A stretch of DNA of 64,000 bases from positions 223,037 through 287,036 of the forward strand of contig JAFXKZ010000001.1 of the NCBI GenBank assembly GCA_017531445.1, in the 5' to 3' direction. Origin of the DNA: Kiritimatiellia bacterium. GTDB lineage: Bacteria; Verrucomicrobiota; Kiritimatiellia; RFP12; DVOR01. The notes under the pieces are model-generated. The model made no database searches and was not told the DNA's origin. It saw nothing but the letters and a program-made list of their open reading frames with translations. The number at the start of each line of letters is the position of its first letter. Position 1 is the stretch's first letter. Shown piece after piece: positions 1-9,803 of the stretch. Position numbers and translations under genes: made by a program.

Positions 1-384
1 GCTTAATCCCCATACAATCATTGCCGGACGCGCCCAAATCAATGCCCCGGCACACATGGGACAGGGTTCTTTAGTCACGTAAACGATGGCATCAGTCAAT
101 CGCCAATCACCCAGTGTTGCGGCGGCAGAAGTGATGGCAATCATTTCTGCATGTGCGGTGGGATCATTGAGCATCTCGGTCTGATTATGCGCACGCGCCA
201 GGATTCTGGCCGAGAGCGGATACTCCAGAGGTTTGGGCTTTGCCAGACCGGGTGTGAAGACGCCTTCCGGAGCTTGCACAATAACACATCCGCACGGCAC
301 TTCGCCTGCCGCAACGGAAAGCTCTGCTTCGCGGAGTGCCATGCGCATAAAATGTTCATGGAAATGTGTTTCGGCTTCGGTCAT
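1..384 (-). CDS. tadA: tRNA-specific adenosine deaminase (CMP/dCMP deaminase family), partial; C-terminus runs off the window start
   Basis: The reverse-strand translation from ATG at 384..382 reads MTEAETHFHEHFMRMALREAELSVAAGEVPCGCVIVQ...HAEMIAI...PCPMCAGAL. The HAE and PCxxC zinc-deaminase motifs are typical of TadA. No stop codon appears before the window edge. The start overlaps the stop of the upstream GT gene as ATGA. Confidence 0.6.
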   Translation of the reverse strand, partial: MTEAETHFHEHFMRMALREAELSVAAGEVPCGCVIVQAPEGVFTPGLAKPKPLEYPLSARILARAHNQTEMLNDPTAHAEMIAITSAAATLGDWRLTDAIVYVTKEPCPMCAGALIWARPAMIVWGLS

Positions 385-1556
385 GGGTGGGCGGCACGAT
401 CCTGACGACGGATTTCTGAGGGGGTGGATGTGCAAAGTCTTCTGGCAAAGGCAAAGGAGGTTTTTGCCATGGTGGTCGAGGTGGCTGTCGCGGCAAAAGC
501 GAGGCCGCGTTGCACCTGTCTTTCATACAATATCGCCGAGAGTGTGAAGGTGCTTAACGCCTGACTCCACTCGCGGGTATCGGTCGGGTGGACGCGTAAT
601 ACGGCTTGTTTGAAAACGTCTTCATTGGCGGCACAGGCTGCGCAGATTACAGGTGTGCCGCAGGCCATTGCCCGCAAGATCGAGGGTTGGTAGGCAACGT
701 CTTGCGAGGGCTCAAAGAGAAGAAACGCGCCACTGTAGAGGGCTGAAAGTTCTGCCGGGGACAACTTGTCATTGTCAATGAAACGTACAAGCCCATTGAG
801 GTGGCAGTCACGGATTGTTTCGCGCAGCGTATTCGGCAATTTGGTATCGCCCAGAATGACGCAGTGGATTGAGGAAACTTCGGTATTGGTGCCGAGCGCT
901 TCAAGAACCGGAGTCAGATAGTGTGCGGTTACCGAGGTGCTGACCATCAGGAGGTAACGCTGTGGAATCAACCATTTCCGCCGCATCTGCAGGATTTCAT
1001 CCGGCTGGTGTACGCGGAAGACCGGGTGGATGCCACTGGGAATCATCACGAGCCGATGGCGCAAGGCGATTCCGAGCCGATGGGCGAGGTGTGCCGCGAT
1101 TGCTTTGTTGGGGCATACGATGGCATCGGCTTTCAAAAGGTGTTGACGTGCTCTTCTCCGCTGCCACCATTTGCCAAGACCGCTTCCGTGAGCGGAACCG
1201 TAGAGGTGCCGGAAGTCTTCGATGGCGAAAACGGATTTGACGGAGTGTCGTCTCGTTTTCGCAGGAGGCGTGAGCGCGGCATCGGCCGTCCACCAGAGAT
1301 CGGGATGAATCCGCTGCACAATGGCATTCAGCTCTTTTCTGCCTGCTGCAGTGCACGGCGTTTCCCGCGCAAAGAGATAATGCACCGCCGGGTGTTCAAT
1401 CTGTTCCCATGGCAGGTAGGATTTCAGAGCCATGAGAATGGTTACCTGATCGCCTTCTTGCAGGGCGGGCAGAAAAGCATCCACCATGTCTGCCAGATAG
1501 ATACCGGCAGACATGGAGAGCTTTTTGTAGGTCCTCAAGTCAAAGAGGATGTGCAC
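381..1556 (-). CDS. glycosyltransferase, GT4 family (GT-B fold)
   Basis: A 391-aa ORF. Its C-terminal region carries a typical GT4 signature (EPSQDVAYQPSILRAMACGTPVICA) with the E-x7-E-like motif region. Confidence 0.7.
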   Translation of the reverse strand: MHILFDLRTYKKLSMSAGIYLADMVDAFLPALQEGDQVTILMALKSYLPWEQIEHPAVHYLFARETPCTAAGRKELNAIVQRIHPDLWWTADAALTPPAKTRRHSVKSVFAIEDFRHLYGSAHGSGLGKWWQRRRARQHLLKADAIVCPNKAIAAHLAHRLGIALRHRLVMIPSGIHPVFRVHQPDEILQMRRKWLIPQRYLLMVSTSVTAHYLTPVLEALGTNTEVSSIHCVILGDTKLPNTLRETIRDCHLNGLVRFIDNDKLSPAELSALYSGAFLLFEPSQDVAYQPSILRAMACGTPVICAACAANEDVFKQAVLRVHPTDTREWSQALSTFTLSAILYERQVQRGLAFAATATSTTMAKTSFAFARRLCTSTPSEIRRQDRAAHP

Positions 1557-1562
1557 GATGAA

Positions 1563-2774
1563 TCAGCGCGTGACGACTGCATACGTTTCACGTGCAATCA
1601 TCAACTCTTCGTTTGTCGGAATTACATAAACCGGAATTGAAGAATCGTCTCCGGAGATGATCTTTTCAACGCCGCGCACGGTTTCATTGACCGCTGCATT
1701 CAAGGTGATGCCAAGCCCCGCAAGTGCCGGCAAGAGTGCTGCGCGGGTTTCCTTGCTGTTTTCGCCGATGCCGCCCGTCAAAACGATGGCATCTACGCGC
1801 CCCAGAAGCGCGGTGTAGCCCCCGATATACATGGCATAGCTGTGTACCAGACGCGCCAATGCTTCCTGAGCAGTTGCGTTGCCGGCATCACAGGCGGCGC
1901 AGAGGTCGCGCATATCGCTGGAGCCGGTGCCGCTGATACCCAGCACGCCGCCCTTTTTGTTCATCAGAGCATCGATTTCATCGGCCGTGAAGCCATTTTT
2001 CAACAGGTAGAGCACCACTGCCGGATCGATATCACCCGAGCGCGTCCCCATCATCACACCGGCCAGCGGCGTCATGCCCATCGAAGTGTCAAAACACTTG
2101 CCGCCCTTGACCGCTGTAATGGAAGAACCGTTCCCCAGATGGCAGGTGATAATGTTCATCTCTTCCAAGGGCTTATTCAGCACTTCCGCCATGCGGAGGG
2201 TGACAAACTTGTGACTGGTGCCGTGGAAGCCGTATTTGCGCACGCCATACTTCTCGTAAATCTCTTTGGGCAATGCGTAGAGGTAGCTTTCTGCCGGCAT
2301 CGTCTGGTGGAACGCCGTATCGAAAATGCCCACGTGCGGCACATCGGCGAGCACGAGTTGGCAACCTTTCACGCCTTGCAGGCAGGCAGGATTGTGAAGC
2401 GGGGCCAAGGGGCTGAGTTTTTCAAACGCTTCAAGCACTTCCGGCGTCAGGAGGACGGATTCGGAGTAGAGCTCGCCGCCATGCACCATGCGGTGACCCA
2501 CTGCATCAATGTCTGCAAAGCTCTTCAAGCAACCGCCTTTGGCAGGGTCGATCAGCGCATCGCACACCAGTTTTACGGCAGATGCATGATCAGGCGCAAC
2601 GCAAAGGGTCTGCTTCTCGGAGTAATCGCCTGCGGTGAAGGTAAAGAGCGGATTGTCAATGCCGATACGCTCGACCTGACCTTTGGCCAGCATCTTTTCT
2701 GCGGTCATATCAAACAACATGAATTTGAGTGACGAACTGCCGGCGTTGACAACTAAAACATTGCGGATACCCAT
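1563..2774 (-). CDS. ackA: acetate kinase
   Basis: Translation from the internal Met (MGIRNVLVVNAGSSSLKF...) is a canonical AckA N-terminus. It continues with VGHRMVHGG, DTAFHQTMP and the C-terminal VIPTNEE motifs. An AAGGAG RBS sits 7 nt upstream of ATG 2774. The upstream in-frame extension (1563..2978 as listed) is probably not translated. Confidence 0.9.
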   Translation of the reverse strand: MGIRNVLVVNAGSSSLKFMLFDMTAEKMLAKGQVERIGIDNPLFTFTAGDYSEKQTLCVAPDHASAVKLVCDALIDPAKGGCLKSFADIDAVGHRMVHGGELYSESVLLTPEVLEAFEKLSPLAPLHNPACLQGVKGCQLVLADVPHVGIFDTAFHQTMPAESYLYALPKEIYEKYGVRKYGFHGTSHKFVTLRMAEVLNKPLEEMNIITCHLGNGSSITAVKGGKCFDTSMGMTPLAGVMMGTRSGDIDPAVVLYLLKNGFTADEIDALMNKKGGVLGISGTGSSDMRDLCAACDAGNATAQEALARLVHSYAMYIGGYTALLGRVDAIVLTGGIGENSKETRAALLPALAGLGITLNAAVNETVRGVEKIISGDDSSIPVYVIPTNEELMIARETYAVVTR

Positions 2775-2954
2775 GGAAAAACTCCTTGCTAAAGCATAAA
2801 ACAAATGAACCATAAGTATAGCACGTTCACCTGATTCATGCAACGAATGCTGATGGAATCCGTATGGGTCTCCGGGCGGGAAGAAAGGGGGATGGCGCGA
2901 CAGCGCAGAAGCGGAAATGGCACCGTTGGTGAATCCCGCCCAAAGGGGGATTCC

Positions 2955-3014
2955 AACATCGGCGATGTAGCGTTTCACTATCGCCGATGTTGCACGTCAA
3001 GATCGCCGATGTTG
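2955..3014. repeat. three tandem ~14-nt near-palindromic units (AACATCGGCGATGT / ATCGCCGATGTTG) of a dispersed repeat family
   Basis: Read directly: aacatcggcgatgt (2955-2968), ctatcgccgatgttg (2978-2992) and gatcgccgatgttg (3001-3014). The locus lies in the divergent ackA/alaS intergenic region. Related copies occur at 14441, 25267, 36589, 50062 and 60707. Confidence 0.6.
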
Positions 3015-3375
3015 CGGACGAAGTGCGGCGAAGGCTGTTTCCGGTCTCTTGCGCAGGGATTTGCAAGGGGGTGCATTTACCTTTGGCAGGAGGGCGAATA
3101 AGCCGTGCGGCTCGGGTGGGTTGGGCGCGAAGCAAGAGGAAAAGGAGGTGCTTCATGGATGGGAAAGAGTGGAGAGCTTGCAGATAAACACCTTTTTTGT
3201 AGATGAAATGGAACGTTGATTTTGGCGAACAGAAGGGAAGCGCGTCTGTGTTTGCGCAATGCAGCGCACGCTCTTCGCGTCCCGGTGCTGGTGGTTTGCA
3301 AACGGAAATGGTTCGCAAGTGCCGATTTGTGATATACTTACGCGCGTTTATTCTTGATTGCAAGGAGTGAAAGAT

Positions 3376-5199
3376 ATGGCAAAGCTTACCGCAGATGCGT
3401 TGCGTGAAATGTATTTGAAGTTTTTTGAGTCCAAGGGCCACACCATCATTTCCGGCGCATCGGTCATTCCGGAAAACGATCCGACGGTGCTGTTTACAAC
3501 GGCCGGAATGCACCCGTTGGTGCCCTATCTTCTGGGTGAAAAACATCCGGCAGGCACACGATTGACCGATGTGCAGAAGTGTGTTCGCACCGGCGATATT
3601 GAGGCTGTGGGCGACAGCGCACACCTGACGTTTTTTGAAATGCTGGGCAACTGGTCGCTCGGGGATTACTTCAAAAAAGAAGCGATTGCCTGGAGCTTTG
3701 AGTTTTTGACAAAGCATCTCGGATTTGACCCTGCGCAGCTGTATGTGACGGTCTTTGAGGGCGAGGGGGATATTCCGCGCGACGATGAGGCGATTGCCTA
3801 TTGGAAAGCGCAGGGCATTCCTGAAGAACGCATCTTCCCGAAAGGGCGCGAGGATAACTGGTGGGGGCCTGCCGGCACTACGGGGCCTTGCGGACCGGAT
3901 ACTGAAATGTTCATCGATACCGGTAAAGCTCCTTGCGGCGAAAGCTGTTCGCCCGGGTGCAACTGCGGCAAGTACATCGAGATTTGGAATGACGTCTTTA
4001 TGCAGTACAACAAAACGGCAGAGGGCAAATATGAGCCGCTCGTGCAGCACAATGTTGATACCGGCATGGGCGTGGAACGCACGATTTGTATGCTGAACGG
4101 GTATAAAACTGTCTATGAATCGGAGCTTTTCCTGCCGCTTTTGGAAAAAATCCGTGCGCTTGCCACCAATGAACTTGAAGAGGAAAAGCGTCTTCGCGCC
4201 GAGCGTATCGTGGCAGATCATATGCGCACGGCCACGATCATTTTGGGCGATCCCAAAGGTGGCGTGAAGCCGGGAAATGTGGGGGCGAACTACGTGTTGC
4301 GCCGGTTGATTCGCCGTGCGGTACGCTATGGGATGGATTTGGGGCTCCCGGCAGGGTTCACCGCTACGATGGCAGAAATTGTCATTGGCACCTACCAAAA
4401 CTTCTATCCTGAGCTGCTTGAAAAGCGCGCGTTGATTCTTGGCGAACTGACGGCCGAAGAACAGCGTTTCGCCAAAACGTTGACGCAGGGACGGCACGAA
4501 TTTGAAAAAATTGCCGGCGTGATGGTGCAGCATGGACAAACGCAAATCTCCGGGAAGACGGCCTTCAAGCTCTACGATACCTATGGTTTCCCCCTGGAAT
4601 TAACGCAGGAATTGGCTGCCGAGCGTGGCATGACAGTGGATATTGACGGATTCAACAAGGCTGAAGCCAAGCATAAGGAAGCCTCCAAGCAGGGCGAAGG
4701 CGTCTTCAAAGGCGGCTTGGCCGACCATTCCGAGCAGACGACACGTCTTCACACCGCAACGCACTTGCTGCACAAAGCCCTTAAGCTTGTTTTGGGTGAA
4801 CACGTGAATCAGAAAGGCTCGAATATTACGGCAGAGCGTCTGCGCTTTGACTTTTCCCATGGTGAAAAGATGACGCGTGAGCAGTTGGACCAGGTGGAAG
4901 ATCTGGTCAATGAACAGATTGCACGCGCATTGCCGATCGTCTGCGAAACAATGACGATTGAAGAAGCTCGTGCAGCGGGTGCGACGGCACTCTTTACGGC
5001 GAAGTATGGCGAGCAGGTAAAGGTCTATACGATGGGCGACTTCTCCAAGGAAGTCTGCGGTGGACCCCATGCGGAAAATACTTCGGAATTGGTGGCCTTC
5101 AAGATTCAGAAAGAAGAGAGTTCTTCGGCCGGAGTGCGCCGTATCAAAGCGATTATCGGGCAGCCTGCCGCCGAAAAGCGCAAAGCCGTCGGCAAATAA
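3376..5199 (+). CDS. alaS: alanine--tRNA ligase, short form (catalytic, tRNA-recognition and editing domains; no C-Ala domain)
   Basis: MAKLTADALREMYLKFFESKGH..., FTTAGMHP and GNWSLGDYFK are class-II AlaRS motifs. The C-terminal editing domain is present (HTATHLLH ... CGGPH ... AGVRRIKAIIG). An AGGAG RBS precedes ATG 3376. The ORF stops at 5199, right after the editing domain. Confidence 0.85.
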   Translation: MAKLTADALREMYLKFFESKGHTIISGASVIPENDPTVLFTTAGMHPLVPYLLGEKHPAGTRLTDVQKCVRTGDIEAVGDSAHLTFFEMLGNWSLGDYFKKEAIAWSFEFLTKHLGFDPAQLYVTVFEGEGDIPRDDEAIAYWKAQGIPEERIFPKGREDNWWGPAGTTGPCGPDTEMFIDTGKAPCGESCSPGCNCGKYIEIWNDVFMQYNKTAEGKYEPLVQHNVDTGMGVERTICMLNGYKTVYESELFLPLLEKIRALATNELEEEKRLRAERIVADHMRTATIILGDPKGGVKPGNVGANYVLRRLIRRAVRYGMDLGLPAGFTATMAEIVIGTYQNFYPELLEKRALILGELTAEEQRFAKTLTQGRHEFEKIAGVMVQHGQTQISGKTAFKLYDTYGFPLELTQELAAERGMTVDIDGFNKAEAKHKEASKQGEGVFKGGLADHSEQTTRLHTATHLLHKALKLVLGEHVNQKGSNITAERLRFDFSHGEKMTREQLDQVEDLVNEQIARALPIVCETMTIEEARAAGATALFTAKYGEQVKVYTMGDFSKEVCGGPHAENTSELVAFKIQKEESSSAGVRRIKAIIGQPAAEKRKAVGK

Positions 5200-5219
5200 T
5201 CGGTCTGTTTGCTGAAAAC

Positions 5220-5253
5220 AATTCACGCGGAGGCGATTGTCTCCGCGTGAATT
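5220..5253. terminator. bidirectional intrinsic terminator hairpin between convergent alaS and the 5362..5808 gene
   Basis: A perfect 13-bp inverted repeat aattcacgcggag / ctccgcgtgaatt with an 8-nt loop. It is flanked by T-rich stretches on both strands. Confidence 0.6.
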
Positions 5254-5361
5254 GTTGTTTAGTCAGTGCTGCTTCTATGGAAGCTTTCCTGATGCGATTG
5301 CGGGAGTTGTCGTGCTGCTTTACGTTTACCGCGAGGACGAAGGAGGCGTTATTCAATGCCC

Positions 5362-5808
5362 TCAGAGCCCGAAAAGACGATAAATCTCGCGAATCTCCCG
5401 AGCCACTTCCCGAGGTGTGGTGGCGAAACGGTTGTAGACCTTCGCGAGACGCCATCCGTTGCCATAATCTGCAGGAAGAAATCCTTTAGGGAACGGCTTC
5501 TGTTGATCATTCCAATAATTAAATGTGGTGCCTTCCGGAGGATAAGGCTTCGGAAGTTCCGCTATCGGGTGGTCATTTCCTCTCCGCCAGAAGAAACAAA
5601 CTTCCAAGGCCGAAAAATCTTCCATTGGAGAATCGGAAATCTCACAGGCAAGAATTTCATTGTCAACAATGCCGTTGATCCATAAGGGTGAACCATGGTT
5701 GCGCCGCACATCAAACTTGGCCGTTTCAATATGGCAGCACGAACATTGGAGCAAATTCAAAAACTTCCGTTTCAACATTACCGTCAATTCATTGAAAAAC
5801 TCTTCCAT
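5362..5808 (-). CDS. hypothetical protein (no recognisable domain)
   Basis: A 148-aa ORF with coding-like codon usage. It is convergent with alaS, at the distal end of the sugar cluster. No motif was recognised. Confidence 0.4.
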   Translation of the reverse strand: MEEFFNELTVMLKRKFLNLLQCSCCHIETAKFDVRRNHGSPLWINGIVDNEILACEISDSPMEDFSALEVCFFWRRGNDHPIAELPKPYPPEGTTFNYWNDQQKPFPKGFLPADYGNGWRLAKVYNRFATTPREVAREIREIYRLFGL

Positions 5809-5902
5809 AACGATTTCCAGAAAAGATAAAAGCCAGGCGGAATGTCCGGCGATTCAAAAGGTTAAGCTCTTGGTGAAAGAAACGCACGGCGAATCATTCG
5901 GG

Positions 5903-7084
5903 TTACACAGAGCCATTGAGAAGTGTCTCGAAGCGCGTAATGAGGGCAGATCGGTTAAAGGCTGCGTTGGAAAGCGCAAGCGCGTTGTCGCCCCATTGTT
6001 TCAACTGCTCATCCGGAACGGAAAGCAGAGTCTTAAATGCTTGCGTGATTGCGTCTGCTTCCGGAGCGCAGGCAATGCCGAGGTGATGTTGCCGGATGAG
6101 TGTTGCCGTATCGCCCTCAAGGATTCCCAGAAGTGGGCGTTGGGCAGCAATGTAGGCTTGAAACTTCGCCGGGAGGGTTATTGAAAAAGCCTTGGAAAGT
6201 GAAATAATCAAGACGTCGGATTGTGCGAAGAGTGCGGGCATCTCTGCCTGCGGACGTCGGCCGGGAAGAAAGATATGCTTGTAGCCTTTTTGCGAAATGC
6301 GCGCTCTCAATGGAAGCAAATTAACGCCGCCTCCCACAATATGAAGTTCTCCATTCGGTGGATTCAGCGTTCCGAAAGCGTCAATCAGCATCTCCAGATT
6401 TTGTGCTGTTCCGAGATTTCCGGCGAAGGTGAAAATACGCTTCGATGTGCTGCTGCGCGGCGGCGATGGTGAAGTTGTTTGGGTGGTCCATTGCGGAACA
6501 AAATGAATCGTACGCCGGGTATAAACGCGAAGTTTATTGATGAAACCGGGAGAGCTTACGGTAATAACGTTACAAGCAGCATAGATAAGCTTGATAAAAA
6601 GATCAAGAAGTATGCGTTTCCATCGGGAGGGTTTGAATCCGTAGGCGTAGACGGCATCAGGCCACAAGTCTTGTGTCCAGATTGTCACAGGCTTCCTGTA
6701 AAGAAAACGGAGAGGAAGCGAAGCGGTGGCCATTGTGAGGGGACCGGTGTGATAGATGAAGACCTTTTGGTATCGCCATCCGTTGAACAATGCCCACAGA
6801 GAGGTGAGAAATGCGAATGAGATATAATTGAGGACCTTTCTGAAAACGCTCGTATTGTAGCCTAGCAATGTGCGGACACGGTGCACCGGAAAGTGAAGCT
6901 CGTGCGTGGTTTGGAATAAAACATTGCGATAACCATCGTAGAGTTTATCGTGCGGATAACTGGGCACTTGAGTTAAAACCTCAACCGCCCAGCCACGTGC
7001 CTGCCATGCTTGAGCAAGATCGTTGATGAGAAACTCTTCCGGGAAAAAGCGTTCGGTTAAAATGAGAAGTCGTTTGCCACTCAT
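5903..7084 (-). CDS. glycosyltransferase, GT4 family, WcaI/WbuB-like (candidate L-FucNAc transferase)
   Basis: The N-terminus MSGKRLLILTERFFPEEF is typical of WcaI/WbuB-like GT4 enzymes. Its position immediately downstream of the CapE/F/G-like genes supports the call. Confidence 0.7.
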   Translation of the reverse strand: MSGKRLLILTERFFPEEFLINDLAQAWQARGWAVEVLTQVPSYPHDKLYDGYRNVLFQTTHELHFPVHRVRTLLGYNTSVFRKVLNYISFAFLTSLWALFNGWRYQKVFIYHTGPLTMATASLPLRFLYRKPVTIWTQDLWPDAVYAYGFKPSRWKRILLDLFIKLIYAACNVITVSSPGFINKLRVYTRRTIHFVPQWTTQTTSPSPPRSSTSKRIFTFAGNLGTAQNLEMLIDAFGTLNPPNGELHIVGGGVNLLPLRARISQKGYKHIFLPGRRPQAEMPALFAQSDVLIISLSKAFSITLPAKFQAYIAAQRPLLGILEGDTATLIRQHHLGIACAPEADAITQAFKTLLSVPDEQLKQWGDNALALSNAAFNRSALITRFETLLNGSV

Positions 7085-7095
7085 GTATTAAAAGA

Positions 7096-8244
7096 TCAGT
7101 GTTTTTGTTCAATGCCGCGCCAATGATTGGCGAGTTTCGCGGTGCCGAGGATAAGTTTAAGGACGCGCCATGAAGTGTTTTTTACCTGATATTCCGGACA
7201 AGTATGGGCGTATGCCCCGCCATTGGAGGAGAATTCTGCCAAAACAAGCTCTATGGCTTCGAGCACAATGTCGGGGTCAAGCCCGGTGAGGATGATTGAA
7301 CCTGCATCCATTGCTTCGGGGCGTTCCAGTGCTTGACGGATCGTAATCGCCGGGAAGTTCAGCATAGCAGATTCTTCGCTGATGGTGCCGGAGTCGGAGA
7401 TGGCGCACTTGGCATTGAGCTGAAGGGCGTTGTAATCAAAGAACCCGAAGGGCTTGAGGAAACGGATACGGCTGTCGATTTGGACGTCTGTCAATGCTTC
7501 AATACGTTTGCGCGTCCGGGGATGCGTTGAGACGATGACGGGCAAATCATATTTCTCAGCGATTGCGTTGAGGAAGGTGATGATCTTGCGAAGATTGGTA
7601 GGGAAGTCTACATTTTCTTCCCGATGGCAGCTGACAATGAAGTATTCTTTTTCCTGTAATCCCAGCGTTTGAAGGATGGAGGATGCGCGAATCTTTTCAA
7701 TGTTCTGCATCAAGACTTCATACATTGGTGAACCGGTAACGTAGATGTGTCGATGCGGAAGGCCTTCGCTGAGGAGGTGCCGCCGCGAATTTTCGGTGTA
7801 AACAAGGTTGAAATCTGCAATGTGATCGATGATACGGCGGTTGATTTCCTCCGGTACATTCAAGTCAAAAGAACGGTTCCCGGCTTCCATATGGTAGATG
7901 GGGATTTTCATTCGCTTTGCCATGATACCGGCGATGGCGGCATTGGTATCTCCGAGAATCAATACAGCATCGGGTTGTTCTTGCAGGAAGACTTCTTCTA
8001 CACGGATGAGCGTTTCGCCCAGAACATGGCCAAGAGAAGACGTGTCAACGTTGAGATAATAGTCGGGTTTGCGCAACCCGAGGTCTTCAAAGAAGATCTG
8101 ATTGAGCTCGTAATCGTAGTTCTGTCCTGTATGAATCATTTTGTGATCAACGTGTTGCTCCAACCGTTTAATCACGGCTGCAAGACGAATGATTTCCGGA
8201 CGAGTGCCAACAATAGAGAGAATTTTCAGTGACGACTTGCTCAT
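7096..8244 (-). CDS. UDP-N-acetylglucosamine 2-epimerase (non-hydrolysing), CapG/FnlC/WecB family
   Basis: LKILSIVGTRPEIIRLAAVI..., HTGQNYDYELNQIFFEDLG and SFDLNVPEEINRRIIDHIADFN are hallmark motifs of UDP-GlcNAc 2-epimerases. Confidence 0.85.
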   Translation of the reverse strand: MSKSSLKILSIVGTRPEIIRLAAVIKRLEQHVDHKMIHTGQNYDYELNQIFFEDLGLRKPDYYLNVDTSSLGHVLGETLIRVEEVFLQEQPDAVLILGDTNAAIAGIMAKRMKIPIYHMEAGNRSFDLNVPEEINRRIIDHIADFNLVYTENSRRHLLSEGLPHRHIYVTGSPMYEVLMQNIEKIRASSILQTLGLQEKEYFIVSCHREENVDFPTNLRKIITFLNAIAEKYDLPVIVSTHPRTRKRIEALTDVQIDSRIRFLKPFGFFDYNALQLNAKCAISDSGTISEESAMLNFPAITIRQALERPEAMDAGSIILTGLDPDIVLEAIELVLAEFSSNGGAYAHTCPEYQVKNTSWRVLKLILGTAKLANHWRGIEQKH

Positions 8245-8247
8245 AAA

Positions 8248-9369
8248 TCAAACCTTTTCAAAAAACGTATCAGGATCTTCGGGGTTGTAAAACTCGTTGA
8301 TCCAAAAGAGTGTATAGAGATCTTCATCGCCGATATTGGTGATGTTATGCGTCATCCACACCGGCATATCCACAAAAGACGGTTGATTCCCGTCTAAAGT
8401 AAAGATGAGTGTCTGGTCTGTTCCCACCCGGCGCATTTGTATCTGTGCTTTTCCTTTAATGACGGTAAAGCGTTCAATTTTCCGGGTGTGGTAGTGATTC
8501 CCACGTGTGATGCCGGGCTTTGTCGTGGAAAAAGAGACTTGCCCTCCGAGCCCTTTGAGTTTCAACGTTTCAACAAACGTGCCGCGGTCATCGGCATGTG
8601 CCGTCAGTTTGAATGGGAAAAAGCGCGTGTGATCAATGTAACCGCAGAAGGTGTTGAAGAGTTGAATGTCGAAATGGTCGACCAAATCAGGGATGATTCC
8701 CTTTTCAAAATAATCCTCTTTGAATTGTGTGAAGCGCGCAAGCAATTCGGATACACGGCAGGTCTTTCCGTAAGGAATGGGGCGCTCGTCGGCAGTTTCG
8801 CCGGATTCGGCAATCCGGAGCAGTTCGTTGCAAAGGTCGTCAACATAGACTAAGTTGAGCGAACCGTCCGTTTGAATGGTGGGAGTTTCGCCGTGTGTCA
8901 ATTGATGGCAGAACGTTGCAACGACCGAGTTGTAGTAAGGTTTTCCATAGGGGCCAAAGACATTTGGGATGACGCATCCGGTGAACTTCGCGTTATTCCG
9001 TACGGCCCAGGCGGCAAGCCGTGCACGACCTTCGCGCTTGGAATCGCCGTAACGATTCGCCTTTGTCTCTTGAGTGGAGCTTGAAAAGAGGATGTGTGGC
9101 GTGGCTTTTTCTGCTTCCAATGCAGCAATCAATCGATCAACCAAAGCGAGATTGGTGGTGTAAATCACTTCCGGATCCGGATGGCGATTCATGGCCGCCA
9201 AGTGGACGATCACATCGCATTGTGCGACAAATGCCCGGAGTTTGGCTTCGTCTTCAAAGAACGAATCCTCGAAAGGAATACGGCAAAATGTTGCAGTTCG
9301 CGTACCGATAAGATTGAAAAGGTGTGTGCCGACAAAGCCGGCTTGTCCTGTAATGCCGATGCGAATCAT
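8248..9369 (-). CDS. bifunctional SDR/cupin enzyme, CapF/FnlB/WbjC-like (UDP-2-acetamido-2,6-dideoxy-hexulose reductase)
   Basis: An N-terminal Rossmann region (IGITGQAGFVGTHL) is followed by a C-terminal cupin domain (~120 aa). Total length is 373 aa. This architecture matches CapF of the L-FucNAc pathway. Confidence 0.65.
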   Translation of the reverse strand: MIRIGITGQAGFVGTHLFNLIGTRTATFCRIPFEDSFFEDEAKLRAFVAQCDVIVHLAAMNRHPDPEVIYTTNLALVDRLIAALEAEKATPHILFSSSTQETKANRYGDSKREGRARLAAWAVRNNAKFTGCVIPNVFGPYGKPYYNSVVATFCHQLTHGETPTIQTDGSLNLVYVDDLCNELLRIAESGETADERPIPYGKTCRVSELLARFTQFKEDYFEKGIIPDLVDHFDIQLFNTFCGYIDHTRFFPFKLTAHADDRGTFVETLKLKGLGGQVSFSTTKPGITRGNHYHTRKIERFTVIKGKAQIQMRRVGTDQTLIFTLDGNQPSFVDMPVWMTHNITNIGDEDLYTLFWINEFYNPEDPDTFFEKV

Positions 9370-9803
9370 TGCGCCTCCTTTTGATTGTTCCAGAGTGAAG
9401 CGGCAAAACGGTAGCTGTCTGCAAGCGATTCTTCTACGGTGTTGTTGGAAAAAACGGTGAGGATTGAGCCCGGTATTTCAGCTTGAATCAACGAGGCATA
9501 TCCTCCCGGAATGCAGAGCAATTCACTTCGGGTGTCACTCAAATGAACGTGTTCTACGGGCAGATCCGGTGCGGGTGCTTCCCAATTGTCAACGGCTACC
9601 AAGCGGATATGAAAGCGTCCTTTGGTGCAGAAAAACCATTTTTTCTCGAAGCGATGTCCATTCCATCCGCGCAACGTTTGTGTGTCGTTGTGGTGCAAGA
9701 CATACATTCTTTTGACTTCTTCAAAGCGAAACGTGTTCAGACTTGCAATCAGCCCACGTGCATCTTCGAATCGTTCTCCGGGAATACGCTTAACAGGGTT
9801 CAT
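9366..9803 (-). CDS. small cupin protein, WxcM/FdtA-like sugar ketoisomerase fold (putative)
   Basis: A 145-aa ORF between the CapE-like and CapF-like genes. Its ends overlap both neighbours (ATGA-type coupling). The size and pattern fit a cupin, but no residue-level confirmation is possible here. Confidence 0.45.
   Translation of the reverse strand: MNPVKRIPGERFEDARGLIASLNTFRFEEVKRMYVLHHNDTQTLRGWNGHRFEKKWFFCTKGRFHIRLVAVDNWEAPAPDLPVEHVHLSDTRSELLCIPGGYASLIQAEIPGSILTVFSNNTVEESLADSYRFAASLWNNQKEAQ

Noticed and set aside
2836-4545. 569-aa ORF on the minus strand
   Set aside because: It is entirely antisense to the well-supported alaS gene and the ackA/alaS intergenic region. Its Arg/Ala/His-rich, low-complexity composition is typical of spurious high-GC antisense ORFs.
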